Shown piece by piece: positions 25,985-36,990 of a stretch of DNA of 63,770 nucleotides. Both the position numbers and the translations under genes were made by a program. Position 1 is the first letter of the stretch; each line of letters opens with the position of its first letter. The stretch lies in NCBI RefSeq assembly GCF_001194135.2, contig NC_069005.1, positions 19,719,321 to 19,783,090 on the forward strand, read 5' to 3'. A model generated the notes under the pieces. It was not told where the DNA came from, made no database searches, and saw nothing but the letters and a program-made list of their open reading frames with translations. The DNA is from Octopus bimaculoides (lineage: Eukaryota).

Positions 25985-26455
25985 GAATGATGGTTTCAAA
26001 TTTTGGCACAATTTTAGGGGAAAGGATAGTCAATTACATCAACCCCAATGTTCAACTGCAACCCTGAAAGGATGAAAGGCAAAGCTAACCTCAGTGAAAT
26101 TTGAACACAGAACCTAAAGATAGATGAAATATTACTAAGCATTTTGTTTGCTGTGTTGATGATTCTGCCAGTGTGCCAAATCCTTTCTACTATAGGCACA
26201 AGACCTGAAATTTGGAGGGAGGGGACCTGTTGATTAACAAGTGATACTTAATTTATCGACCCTGAAAGGACAAAAGGCAAAGTCAACCTCAGCAGAATTT
26301 GAACTCAGAACGTAGCAGCAGACAAAATACTGCTAAGCATTTCACCCAGCATGCTAATGGTTCTGCCAGCTCAAGAATGATGGTTTCAAATTTTGGCACA
26401 ATTTTAGGGGAAAGGATAGTCAATTACATCAACCCTGTGTTCAACTGGTAAATTA
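25985..26455 (-). mobile_element. Stack of SINE family D copies
   Basis: Repeated D core; 25958-26045 is identical to 26349-26436. Confidence 0.75.
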
Positions 26456-26584
26456 TTTCAACAACCTCTGAAATAGATGAGAAGCAAAGTTCTCGGAGAA
26501 CTGGAACAAATACTACAAAGCATTCTACCCACTTCTATAACGACTGTGTCAATTGGCTGCATAAATAATAATAATAATAATAAG

Positions 26585-27138
26585 TTGAAGGTTAAAATAT
26601 CACTATCCTCTGGGATTTTCCAGTCAACTCTGACAGAATGATCCAGGCTGATCAACAAGACATAATTATTAAAGAGAGGGAAGAAAATACTTGTAGACTA
26701 ATAGTTGTAAGTGTTCCCACTGATAAAAATATATCTGTAAAAGAATTTGACAAATCAAATAAATATAAGGACCTGGAAATTGAAATGCAAAATATGTGGC
26801 ATCTTAAAGCAAGAACTATTCCTCATATTGTAGATGCTTTAGGTATGATAAAAAAGGGATGTCAGAAACATCTAAATAAAATCCTAGGAGAACCATGTCT
26901 CAGAGAAATCTAAAAGATTGTGCTGACAAGTACTGTTCACATCCTTAGAAAAACCCTATCAATTTAAATGTCTGTGTTGTATTACATGAAGATATTTCGC
27001 TCCTGCCCCTGTCACTCCCCCTTCTCAAGCTTTCAGTCATACTGTAATCCTTCACTTGCCCTAGGATGCTGGGTGTATTTCGGCAAGTGATTGTAACAAA
27101 CATGCAGGTTATAAGTAAAAAATAATAATAATAATAAT
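26585..27138 (+). mobile_element. 5'-truncated R4/Dong-clade non-LTR retrotransposon: restriction-like endonuclease C-terminus plus 3' UTR
   Basis: 26585-26967 translates ILWDFPVNSDRMIQADQQDIIIK...VSVPTDKNISVKEFDKSNKYKDLEIEMQNMW...PHIVDALG...*KIVLTSTVHILRKTLSI* (decayed PD..D..K nuclease pattern); (TAA)n on both sides. Confidence 0.85.
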
Positions 27139-27335
27139 CCTTTCTGTTGAAGGTACAAGGTCTGAAATTTTGGGAGTTAGGGGATGCTGGTTGATTGTAT
27201 CAACCCCAGTAATTGACTGGTACTTATTTTATCAACCCTGAGAAGATGAAAGGCAAAGTCAACCTTGGCAGAATTTGAAAATGTCACAAGGCATTTTGCT
27301 TGGTATGATAATGATTCTGGCTGCTTGCTGCCTTC
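27138..27335 (-). mobile_element. SINE family D
   Basis: D core atcaaccctgagaagatgaaaggcaaagtcaacc. Confidence 0.75.
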
Positions 27336-27382
<47 letters not shown>

Positions 27383-27385
27383 CCT

Positions 27386-27640
27386 TAAACAAACCTTATT
27401 CAGAGACCTTTTGAGCAGGATGGGCTACTCGACCTGAAGAAAATTCTAACTGGGCCCCACCTGCGTGGTCAGGCACAGTTTCATCTTGATATGAGATCAC
27501 CATGTTGTACACATATGGTTGTGATGCCTGTGCCTGGTGTACCCTTATCAGACGGGTAGTCATGATGGGTATAATGGGCTTCATATATTTTACCCCAGTG
27601 TCACTTTGATGGCAAGGACTGCTCTCTCACTCAATAATAA
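27386..27640 (+). mobile_element. Short unclassified repeat-like unit between two (TAA)n tracts
   Basis: Discrete ~250-bp unit of higher GC, bounded by TAA arrays and ending ctctcactcaataataa; single copy in the window. Confidence 0.45.
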
Positions 27641-27667
27641 TAACAATAATAATAATAAAAATAATAA

Positions 27668-28015
27668 TTTCAAGTTTTGGCACAAGGCCAGCAATTTCAG
27701 GGTAGGGGATAAGTTGATTACATCAACCTCAGTACTCAACTGGTATTTCTTTTATTGACCCTAGAAGGATGAAAGGCAAAGTTGACCAGAGTAGAACTAC
27801 AGCAATAATAACAATTATCCTTTCTACTAAAGGCACAAGGCTTGGAATTTTGTGGGAGGAGGTAAGTCAATTACATTGACTCCAGTGTTTCACTGGTACT
27901 TAATTTATTGACCCTGAAAGGACGAAAGGCAATGTCAATCCTGGTGGAATTTGAACTCAGAATGTAGCACTAAGCATTTTGTCCAGTGTGCTAACGATTC
28001 TGCCAGCTGGCCACC

Positions 28016-28095
<80 letters not shown>

Positions 28096-28310
28096 GGTTT
28101 CAAATTTTGCCATAAGTGCAGCAATTTTGGGGGAGGGGTAAGTCAATTACATCGACCCCAGTATTCAACTGGTATTTATTTTATCAACCCCGAAAGGATG
28201 AAAGCAAAGTCAACCTCAGCGGAATTTGAACTCAGAATGTAGTGGCAGACGAAATGCCGCTAAGCTTTTCGCCCAGCCAGCGTGCTAATGATTCTGCCAG
28301 CTCACCACCT
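27668..28310 (-). mobile_element. Three stacked SINE family D copies separated by (TAA)n
   Basis: Copies start at about 27668, 27820 and 28096; the last is near-intact (gccagctcaccacctt head). Confidence 0.82.
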
Positions 28311-29587
28311 TAATAATAATAATAATAATAATAATAATAGAATATATATGTGGGTGGGTAATTGCTGTGAAGTCCTGATGGTTCCGAGAAAAAGTACAAA
28401 AAAGGCAAAAAAGTCTGTCTCTATTTTAAACAATGTGTGTGTGTGTGTAAGAGGTGGAGGAGTGGCAACTGTAAGAGGATACTGTGAAGGATTTGTGGAT
28501 TGAGAATTTTCTCAGTTATTGACACATTGTTTAGGATGGTCTTCATTTATTCATTTAATTTGCTCAATAAAAGCTTAACTTGGTGGCAGGGGAGAAAGGG
28601 GGGAGGGGAGAAAGGGGGATAAGAGCATTGTGTCTTTGCAGTTAATTACATGGCAATTAAAATAGAATCTCTGACTAGTCTTCTCCTCTTCTGCCTCTTA
28701 ATTCTGCCAAATTACTCTCCACCTTCACCCTATGTTAACCTCCCTTCTCTCTCTTTTCTCCTTTCTGCACTCTCTCTCTCTGTCTTTCCCTTTCTCTCCC
28801 TATCTCTATTTCTCTCTCTCTCTTCTATTCTTTCTCTCCCTCCCTTTTTCTCTGCTTATCTCTCTTTCTCTCTCTCTTTCTACCCCATCTCTCTCTATCT
28901 TTCCCTCTCTTTCTCTATCTCTGTCTCTCTCTCTCTCTCCCTATCTTTCCCTATTTCTCTCTTTCTATATCTTTCTTTCCCTCTCATTCTCTCCCTTTCT
29001 CTCTTTCTATCTCCAATGCATCTCTCCCCTCCCCAATCCACATCCATTGAAACACTTATCTCTTAATTTAAAACCAATGGCAACCACACCAAAAAACCCC
29101 CCACACCACCACCACCACCACCACCACCAGTATTGTCACCATCTCCACCAATGTCAATTACCCCCCCCCCATTATTGTTCCATTGTTTCATTGTTTGTGG
29201 TGGTTATGGATGGTGGTGGTGGTGGCCGTGTCAGTCTGTTGAGAGGTTGGTCAGTGCTGAAGTATGGCACATCAAATCACTTGTGCATCTTAGCTTGTTA
29301 TGTAATCATTATCATCATTCTTATAACAACCATCATCATCATCATCATCTTTATAAGCACCATCATCATTGTCATCATTATCATCTTAACCACCACTATC
29401 ATAACCATCGCCATCATCACCATTATCATGTCCTTGTAATCCTACCAGTTATTGTGAAGTGATATAATTAAAGAACTGGTCTTTATGTTGCATTTCTTGG
29501 GGAAGAGATATACTTGAATATGTTTTCGTTTTGATTATCTCCAAGCTTACAGGAGAATTTGAACTTGGCACTGCATGCTAACAGGGA

Positions 29588-29760
29588 AGTGTGTGGCCCA
29601 GTGGTTAGGGTGTTCCACTCATGATCATCAAATCATAGTTTCGATTCCCAGACTTTGCGTTCTTGAGCAAAACACTTTATTTGACCTTGCTACAGTCCAT
29701 TTAGCTGTAAATGAGTAACCCTTATGTTTGATTGACGATGCATCCAGGGGGAATGTTGTC
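29588..29760 (+). mobile_element. SINE family E (tRNA head plus CORE-like domain)
   Basis: tggcccagtggttagggtg A box, gtttcgattccc B box, agtccatttagctgtaaatgagta. Confidence 0.78.
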
Positions 29761-29809
29761 ATCTTGATACTTATCATCATCATCATTATTTTATGACTTA
29801 GCAACATCA

Positions 29810-30060
29810 TCGTTTAATGTCTGTTTTCCATACTGGCAAAGATCGGATAGTTTGATAGGAGCTGGTAAATTAAAAGACTGCCCTGAGCTCTACTGTTTCT
29901 CATGGCATGGTTTTTACAGCTACATACCCTTCCTAATGCCAACCATTTTGTAGAGTGTGTCGGGTGCTTTTACATGGCACCACCAGCAGTGAGGTTACTG
30001 AATAATGTACAAAACAAGACCCTTCAACTGAGTGGGGTGGGGAAGTAGCATTGAGGAAAG
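29810..30060 (-). mobile_element. Family C element fragment
   Basis: tttaatgtctgttttccatactggc...cccttcctaatgccaacc. Confidence 0.7.
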
Positions 30061-30315
30061 TGGCATTGTGCCAATGCCATGGAAACTGAGTAAGCAGCCT
30101 ATGACTCCAAGGACTCAAGACATTAATGGGTTTTTTTTGTTTTGTTTTTACTGCATGTCAATAAACCATTAATTTAATATTTGGTAGTTACCATCACTCA
30201 CAGTAGACAGCCAGGTAGACTGGGCTATTTGAGAATTATATCTCCTTGTTCTGCTTATTGCTACACTTCAGTAACTTATTCCATACCCTGATGACTTTGC
30301 TTCTACACATAACAC

Positions 30316-30372
30316 AGCTCTCCCGCCTCCAGAGCTCTCCTGCCTCCAGAGCTCTCCCGCCTCCAGAGCTCC
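30316..30372 (+). repeat. 17-bp minisatellite, about 3.3 units
   Basis: agctctcc(c/t)gcctccag three times plus a partial unit. Confidence 0.9.
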
Positions 30373-30639
30373 CCCCCTCCTTTTTCTCCACTTACAAACA
30401 ACTATCTCAACCCCAGATGTCCTTGTTCTTCACATAAAGCCATTCTCCCACCTTCTTGATGTCTTTGTTCTAACTTAAACAGTTTTATCCTTCTTAATGG
30501 AGTATGATTTGAGGAGGTGGGATTCATTGCTATTTCTAGCACAGTGTAATACTGTGTAGATATTCCTTCATTTGCATGTTCAGTGTACATTCCAGTGTAT
30601 CTCTGACAAAATACACTTATCTGCTGGCTATTACTTGTC

Positions 30640-30995
30640 ACTTGACTGTGGCCATGCTGGGGCCTCACTTTAAAGTGTTTTGGTCAACTAAATTGACTTG
30701 AGTACTTTTTGTGTTTTAAAGCCTAATACTTATTCTATCAGTCTCTTATCCTGAACTGCCAAATTGCAGGGATGTAAACAAACCAACACTGGTTTTCAAA
30801 CAGTAGTGGGGGACAAATGTGAATACACACACAAAGACACAGCATATATACCTGACCCAACAGGCTTCTTTTAGTTTCCGTCTACCAAATCCACTCACAA
30901 AGCTTTGGTCAACCTGGAGCTATAGTCAAAGATATTTATATGCCTAAGGTGCCACACAGTGGGACTGAACCCAGAACCATGTGATTGGGAAGCAA
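30640..30995 (-). mobile_element. SINE family A (full length)
   Basis: Reverse complement of tail 1, body and head. Confidence 0.82.
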
Positions 30996-31435
30996 AATTG
31001 GACATGCAAGCATGTCCCAACTTCCGTCATTGCATCCTTTAATTGCTTGGTTTTTATTGCTAAATGGTGAAATTGTTTTTTACCTTGTCACTATTATCCA
31101 TAAAGACATACTTAGTTTTCAGTGGAGTTGCTCCTTATTGGCTTATCAGATTGTTTGCAGCAGTTGAAAATAGATATGCAGGTTTGTGTATGTATGTGAA
31201 TATGTCATTGCATACATTTTTGTGTTTGCATCTTGTTATCATCCCTTCTCATGATTTTCAATGGTTGCTGTTCTGTGTTCACTTCTCACTCCCTCCTCTA
31301 GCAGTTTTTTGCTGCTGTAAGTTTCCATCATTTCTTATGAATGAAAGAGGGGGGAGGGAACCTCATGAAAGAAAATCTTAAATAATAATATGTAAAACTA
31401 CAGAAAAAATATATAAAATGCCCACCCCCCCTTAA

Positions 31436-31654
31436 CCCTTTAGCATTTAAACCTGTTATATCCAGCCCAAATATTTTCGCTGTTTTATGTTCAAACCAAA
31501 CAGATCCAACATCTCACACCCATCCTATAATGTCATTCCAAAATAAACAATCACACCATGGAAATCTCAAAGCTTTGAGTTAATGTATGATAAATTGAAA
31601 ACAATGTGCATAATTAAGCAGAACACTTGACTGAGTAATCCGAATCCTAAAGGG
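31436..31654 (+). mobile_element. piggyBac-like MITE (family P2)
   Basis: TTAA|cccttttagcatttaaa ... ccgaatcctaaaggg; colinear with 11913-12132; right-hand TTAA decayed. Confidence 0.75.
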
Positions 31655-31719
31655 TTTTTGACTTAAAACAAATTTCTTTTTCCTGTTTGAATGGAAATTT
31701 TGAAAATGAAGTACTTACT

Positions 31720-31925
31720 TGACATTAATCATCAAGTTCATTTTTCCATGATTGTATGGGCTGGACAATTTGTCAAGGCAGAATTTTTATGGCCAGATCC
31801 CCTTTATGTCACTAATCCTCACCTATTACCAAATAAGGTAATATTTTTCCATGGCCAGACATGTCTCAATGGAAGATTGGAAATGGACACTGCTTGCATG
31901 ATAGTGACACTCTTTTACTACTTTA
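31720..31925 (-). mobile_element. SINE tail 2 fragment
   Basis: aaggtaatatttttccatggccagacatg; a similar piece occurs at 53960-54130. Confidence 0.65.
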
Positions 31926-32216
31926 GTGTGTCAACATGGTTATGGGACCTCGTCGTATCACCACCACTGCTACTGTTACTACTACTAGTTCTTTCTTGTT
32001 AAATAAGTTAAATAATGTTGAAACTTTCTATGTCTTCTGTATTTCAACTCATGATGGCGGAACAAATCAAGATTCCACAGACAACATAATAGATACCTTT
32101 TATCTTTTTTTATGTTTCACTTGTTTCACTCATTAGACTGCGGCCATGCAGGGGCACCACCTAAAAGGATTTTTAGTCAAATGAATTGACCCCAGGACTT
32201 ATTTTTTTAAAACATG

Positions 32217-33049
32217 GGCTCTTTGTGATTTGACGGGCAACATTTTTTTATGTAGTGTTTTTGGTACCGAAACACTTTCAAACTTCGAATACTTGTATAT
32301 TTTGTGGTATAGAACAGATAAAAAATTTTGTATTCGAAGTTATTTCATGTAAAAAATTGTCGTATTTTGGTAATTTCAACCAATCACAAGACGTCTATTG
32401 AGGTGAAAACAATTATGCCGTGGAATATAAACAACGGTGTTACGGGATTTTTTCCCTTGAATAAAATTAGTGCCGTTGTTTGTCAACAAAAACTATCCGT
32501 TGTCAACAACAACTATCAGTGGTATATTTTTCGTTTGTTACTGTTATTTATGACATCGTTCGTGCGTTTGTACTGGTTTTAGCTTTAGGGTTTTAGGGTT
32601 AGGGTTCGGGTTTTAGAGTTAGGGTTAGTTTTAGGATTACGGTTAGGGTTATGATTATTTTTGCCATAACCTTAACTCTAACCCTATAACTCATAACCAT
32701 AACCCTAACCCTAACCCTAACCCCAACCCTAACCCTAAAACCCTAACCCTAAAACCCAAACCCTAACCATAGAACCTTAAACCCTTACTAGGGAATAATG
32801 ATATAATTAAACAGGGAATAACACACTTGACATCGAACAGCAGTAACTGTATTCAGCTGAATAGACGTCAGTGATTGGTTGAAATTACAGAAATACAACA
32901 ACTTTAACATGAAATAACTTGCGATGTACAATTTTTTGTTAAGAAGGTTAAGAGAAGAAGTTGTTTTATATGACACATTCTACCAGTGTCCCAAATTTGA
33001 AAGTGTTTCGTTAAGAAAACAAGTGTTGCCTGTCAAATCACAAAGATCC
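32217..33049. mobile_element. 833-bp foldback (palindromic) non-autonomous DNA transposon with 8-bp TSD and central telomere-like arrays
   Basis: TIR ggctctttgtgatttgacgggcaaca / tgttgcctgtcaaatcacaaagatcc; inner inverted blocks gaaacactttcaaa, ttatttcatgt and aatttcaaccaatcac..gacgtctatt; AAAACATG at 32209-32216 and 33050-33057. Confidence 0.9.
32582..32786. repeat. Head-to-head degenerate telomere-like repeats, (TTAGGG)n then (CCCTAA)n
   Basis: ttagggttttagggttaggg... at 32582-32652; short centre; ...taaccctaaccctaaccc... at 32665-32786. Confidence 0.9.
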
Positions 33050-34288
33050 AAAACATGTACTTATTCTAACAGTAGCTTTGTTGAACTGCTAAGTTACAGG
33101 ATGTAAACAAACCAGCATTGGTTGTCAAGTGGTGGTGGGGGACAAATACAATGGCACACATAGTTCAAAACAATGTGAATAGATAAGCATTACATTTGAT
33201 GGAGTAATCCGAAGGATGAAAGGTTGAACCAGCTGTTGGGTTAAATCTACCTCTTAAGGAAACCTTGGTAAATAATGTATGTATTCCACCCAAGGGTCAA
33301 ATATTTCTTCGCCAGTTCACCCAAGACTGATACTTTATTAACACTGGAAGGATAAAGAATAAAGTTGACCTTGGTAGGATTTGAACTCAGAACTCAAGCT
33401 AATGAAATAAACATGGCATTGCATTTCTTCTGCTCACTTCACTATGCATCTGCCTTGTCCCTTCATTTTTATCAATCTGTGTCTATATCTTTGTGATGCC
33501 TTGTATGGTAGTCTATGTTACCTTAATACTTTGGTGGATGGAGTTNNNNNNNNNNNNNNNNNNNNNNNNNNNNNNNNNNNNNNNNNNNNNNNNNNNNNNN
33601 NNNNNNNNNNNNNNNNNNNNNNNNNNNNNNNNNNNNNNNNNNNNNNNNNNNNNNNNNNNNNNNNNNNNNNNNNNNNNNNNNNNNNNNNNNNNNNNNNNNN
33701 NNNNNNNNNNNNNNNNNNNNNNNNNNNNNNNNNNNNNNNNNNNNNNNNNNNNNNNNNNNNNNNNNNNNNNNNNNNNNNNNNNNNNNNNNNNNNNNNNNNN
33801 NNNNNNNNNNNNNNNNNNNNNNNNNNNNNNNNNNNNNNNNNNNNNNNNNNNNNNNNNNNNNNNNNNNNNNNNNNNNNNNNNNNNNNNNNNNNNNNNNNNN
33901 NNNNNNNNNNNNNNNNNNNNNNNNNNNNNNNNNNNNNNNNNNNNNNNNNNNNNNNNNNNNNNNNNNNNNNNNNNNNNNNNNNNNNNNNNNNNNNNNNNNN
34001 NNNNNNNNNNNNNNNNNNNNNNNNNNNNNNNNNNNNNNNNNNNNNNNNNNNNNNNNNNNNNNNNNNNNNNNNNNNNNNNNNNNNNNNNNNNNNNNNNNNN
34101 NNNNNNNNNNNNNNNNNNNNNNNNNNNNNNNNNNNNNNNNNNNNNNNNNNNNNNNNNNNNNNNNNNNNNNNNNNNNNNNNNNNNNNNNNNNNNNNNNNNN
34201 NNNNNNNNNNNNNNNNNNNNNNNNNNNNNNNNNNNNNNNNNNNNNNNNNNNNNNNNNNNNNNNNNNNNNNNNNNNNNNNNNNNNNNNN

Positions 34289-34350
<62 letters not shown>

Positions 34351-34994
34351 CAGATAGTTGTTTAGATGTAAGTTGTAGTCATGGAAGTTGTTTTACAAAA
34401 CCTTGTTGGTTGCATGCACATGTGTGTCAGTTACATATGTAATCGTGTGTATGTGTGTGTAGGTACGTTTGATCGGAGGGTGGGATTATGTTGAGTGAGC
34501 ATAGATGTACACGAGCTAAATATCATTGTGTGCATGTATGTATGTATGTATGTGTGTGTGTGAGTATTACATCAATATAGTTATATCATAAGTACCAGTG
34601 TATGTTTGTTAATCAATGAAGTGTGTGTAGTTTCACAGATTTGTTGAACCTAATGTATATATATGTATGTGTTTATTACATCATAGTTTATTTTTGTGGA
34701 TGTGATACATATATTTGTGTAACTTCTCACATGTACAGATTAGTACCCTGTGTGGGGGTGGGGTGGCATCTGTCCAACTTCATCTGTTTGATCTGTGTAA
34801 CATAAAGTGTTTTTCTGATAAGATGTTGTGGTTCAGTATCAAATTGCACTTGGAACATCCAATGCAAAGGGTCTAAACATCCACAATGGTGAAACACATT
34901 GGGAATAAATGATACAAACTTCTTTTTATCAGAATTTCTCCTCCATTTGTATGTAGTATATCCTAACCAATAGTACTACTGAATATAATAATTC

Positions 34995-35205
34995 TAATTT
35001 TGGCCCATGGCCAGTAATTTTGAGGGGAGGGGGTAAGTTGATTACATTGACCCCAGTGTTTCACTGGTACTTATTTTATCAACTCCAAAAGGACGAAAGG
35101 CAAAGTCAACTTTGGTGGGATTTGAACTTAGAATGTAAAGACAGATGAAATGCCACTAAGCACTTTGTCCAATGTGTTAACATTTCGGGCTACTTGCCAC
35201 CTTAT
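34995..35205 (-). mobile_element. SINE family D
   Basis: ttggcccatggccagtaattttg...gacccc...aaaggcaaagtcaac...tacttgccacctt. Confidence 0.78.
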
Positions 35206-35247
35206 AAGCACAATATTAACCACACCATACTGTTGTGGCTGATAATA

Positions 35248-36514
35248 TGAGGGTGGGCTGAAAAGTTCACAGGCTGACCACGATGCAAAGATCGAACTTG
35301 ACTAAATGTGTTTTATTTTTTGGCATAGTCTCCCCTGTGGTCCATACACTTCTTCCATCGGTGTTGCAGCGCTTGGATTCCATGGTATAGAAGCTCTCAT
35401 CCTGACCCTCAAAAAAGTCCTCAACAGCAGATATGATCTCATCATCAGTCCAACACTGCTTCCCAGTCAAGTGTTTTTTCATGTCGGGGAACAGAAAATA
35501 GTCAGATGGTGCCAAATCGGGAGAATATGGAGGGTGATCAACCAATTCAAAGCCACAGTCATGCACAGTAGTCATTGCAACCACAGACTTGTGTGCAGGA
35601 GCATTGTCCTGGTGAACCAGGACCCTCTTCATCAGTTTTCCAGGCTGTTTTGACTTGATTGCCTTTCGCATCTGCCTCGGTAAGTTAGCATAGTATTCGC
35701 CATGGCCTTTCTGAAGGTAGTCAATGAACACGATGCCCTTTGCATCCCAGAAGATGGAAGCTATCACCTTCCTTGCCAATGACACCACCTTGGCCTTCTT
35801 TGGTGGGGGAGAAGATGGTGTTTCCACTGCATGGACTGCCATTTGGTCTCTAGCTCAAAGTGGTGAACCCAACATTCATCTTGGATGAGGAAACGTTTAA
35901 GTAAACCAATTGGATTTGCTTCAAAAAGTGCCAAGTTTGTCTGCAACATGACTAGCCTGGTGTATGCTTTTGATCAGGCGTCAAAAGTCGTGGCACCCAC
36001 CAAGCGGAAACCTTCAACATACCAAGTTTGTTATGCATCATGTTTACGGGAGATGCTTACAGCATTAGCTATCTGATTAACATTTAAATGTCTGTCATCC
36101 ATCACCATGTTGTGAACACAGTCGATGTTTTCTTGGGTGGTTACTGTGGTATGATGTTCAAACCTTGGATCATCTTCAAGACTATCCCTACCCCTCTTGA
36201 ATTCAGCTGCCCACTTTTGCACAGTTGATAAAGCTGGAACAGTATCCTTTAATGTAGCAACCATGTCAGCATGAATGTTCTTGGAGGCTAACCCCTTTTT
36301 ATGCAGATTTTGATAACACCACAGTGCCAAATTTTATCCATTTTCATGAAATGTCTCTAGCACTACTTTTCCAAGTCCTCAATTCTGTATCCAATGTGGG
36401 TTTATCTGGAAAGAAAAAAGGCAGTTAGCATCAGTAAAAACTGAATTTAATGCACGCCATGTTTAATTACTGTCTGGTAACTCCTTCTTAGTCAGCCTAT
36501 GAACTTTTCAGCCC
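35248..36514 (-). mobile_element. Near full-length mariner element (irritans/Hsmar2-like); transposase pseudogene at about 35313-36341
   Basis: TIR gggctgaaaagttca(c/t)aggctgac at both ends (right end runs into a gap), TA at 35246; motifs STVQKWAAEFKRGRDSLEDDPR, WVPRLLTPDQK, FLIQDECWVHH, HQDNAPAH, HPPYSPDLAPSDY (DD34D); several frameshifts. Confidence 0.95.
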
Positions 36515-36654
36515 NNNNNNNNNNNNNNNNNNNNNNNNNNNNNNNNNNNNNNNNNNNNNNNNNNNNNNNNNNNNNNNNNNNNNNNNNNNNNNNNNNNNNN
36601 NNNNNNNNNNNNNNNNNNNNNNNNNNNNNNNNNNNNNNNNNTATATATATATAT

Positions 36655-36990
36655 ATATCTTCGAAACGCCTAGTTTAGAATAGAGGCATCTGATGAAGGA
36701 AAAGTTCCATAAGTGGCTCATCTGTTTTCCTATGTGTTCATTCTGTTGTCTGTAAAAAAGTCCATTTTTTGTGCTTTATGTTCCCGTACCTTATTGACGT
36801 CCTGTCCCCGGATATGCATCTATATATACATGTAGGTGGTGGTACTCTTCAAATAAAATATTGATGAAACAATTGTAAAATTATGTGATAAAATGAACTG
36901 CTTGCTTCTAATCTTGATAATATATATATTCCTTCTACTGTGTTTGTTACCTCTGGTGAAGGATTACTTTGATCTCTTAAACCTCCTTGT
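36655..36990 (+). mobile_element. Penelope-like terminal-repeat fragment with decayed hammerhead-like motifs
   Basis: ttcgaaacgc, ctgatgaaggaaaagttcc, aaaaaagtcc and gtcctgtccccggatatgcat are colinear with the reverse complement of 39945-40130; Penelope assignment is inference. Confidence 0.5.

Larger units (their letters stand above)
32100..33160 (-). mobile_element. SINE family A tail 1, split by the foldback element
   Basis: 32100-32216 and 33050-33160 join into a contiguous tail 1 when 32217-33049 and one TSD copy are removed. Confidence 0.8.

Noticed and set aside
25958-26436. Identical 88-bp repeat as a biological duplication
   Set aside because: The first copy starts directly at a 24-N gap; likely an assembly artefact, although not proven.
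29588-29660. tRNA genes at A/B-box motifs (also 571, 38270, 62335)
   Set aside because: No complete cloverleaf, and each continues into a SINE body.
30230-30480. CR1/L2 reverse transcriptase relic (PYPDDF)
   Set aside because: A single weak motif without supporting RT domains.
32582-32786. Ancient chromosome end-to-end fusion site
   Set aside because: The arrays lie inside a TIR-bounded element with an 8-bp TSD that interrupts a SINE, so transposition explains them better.
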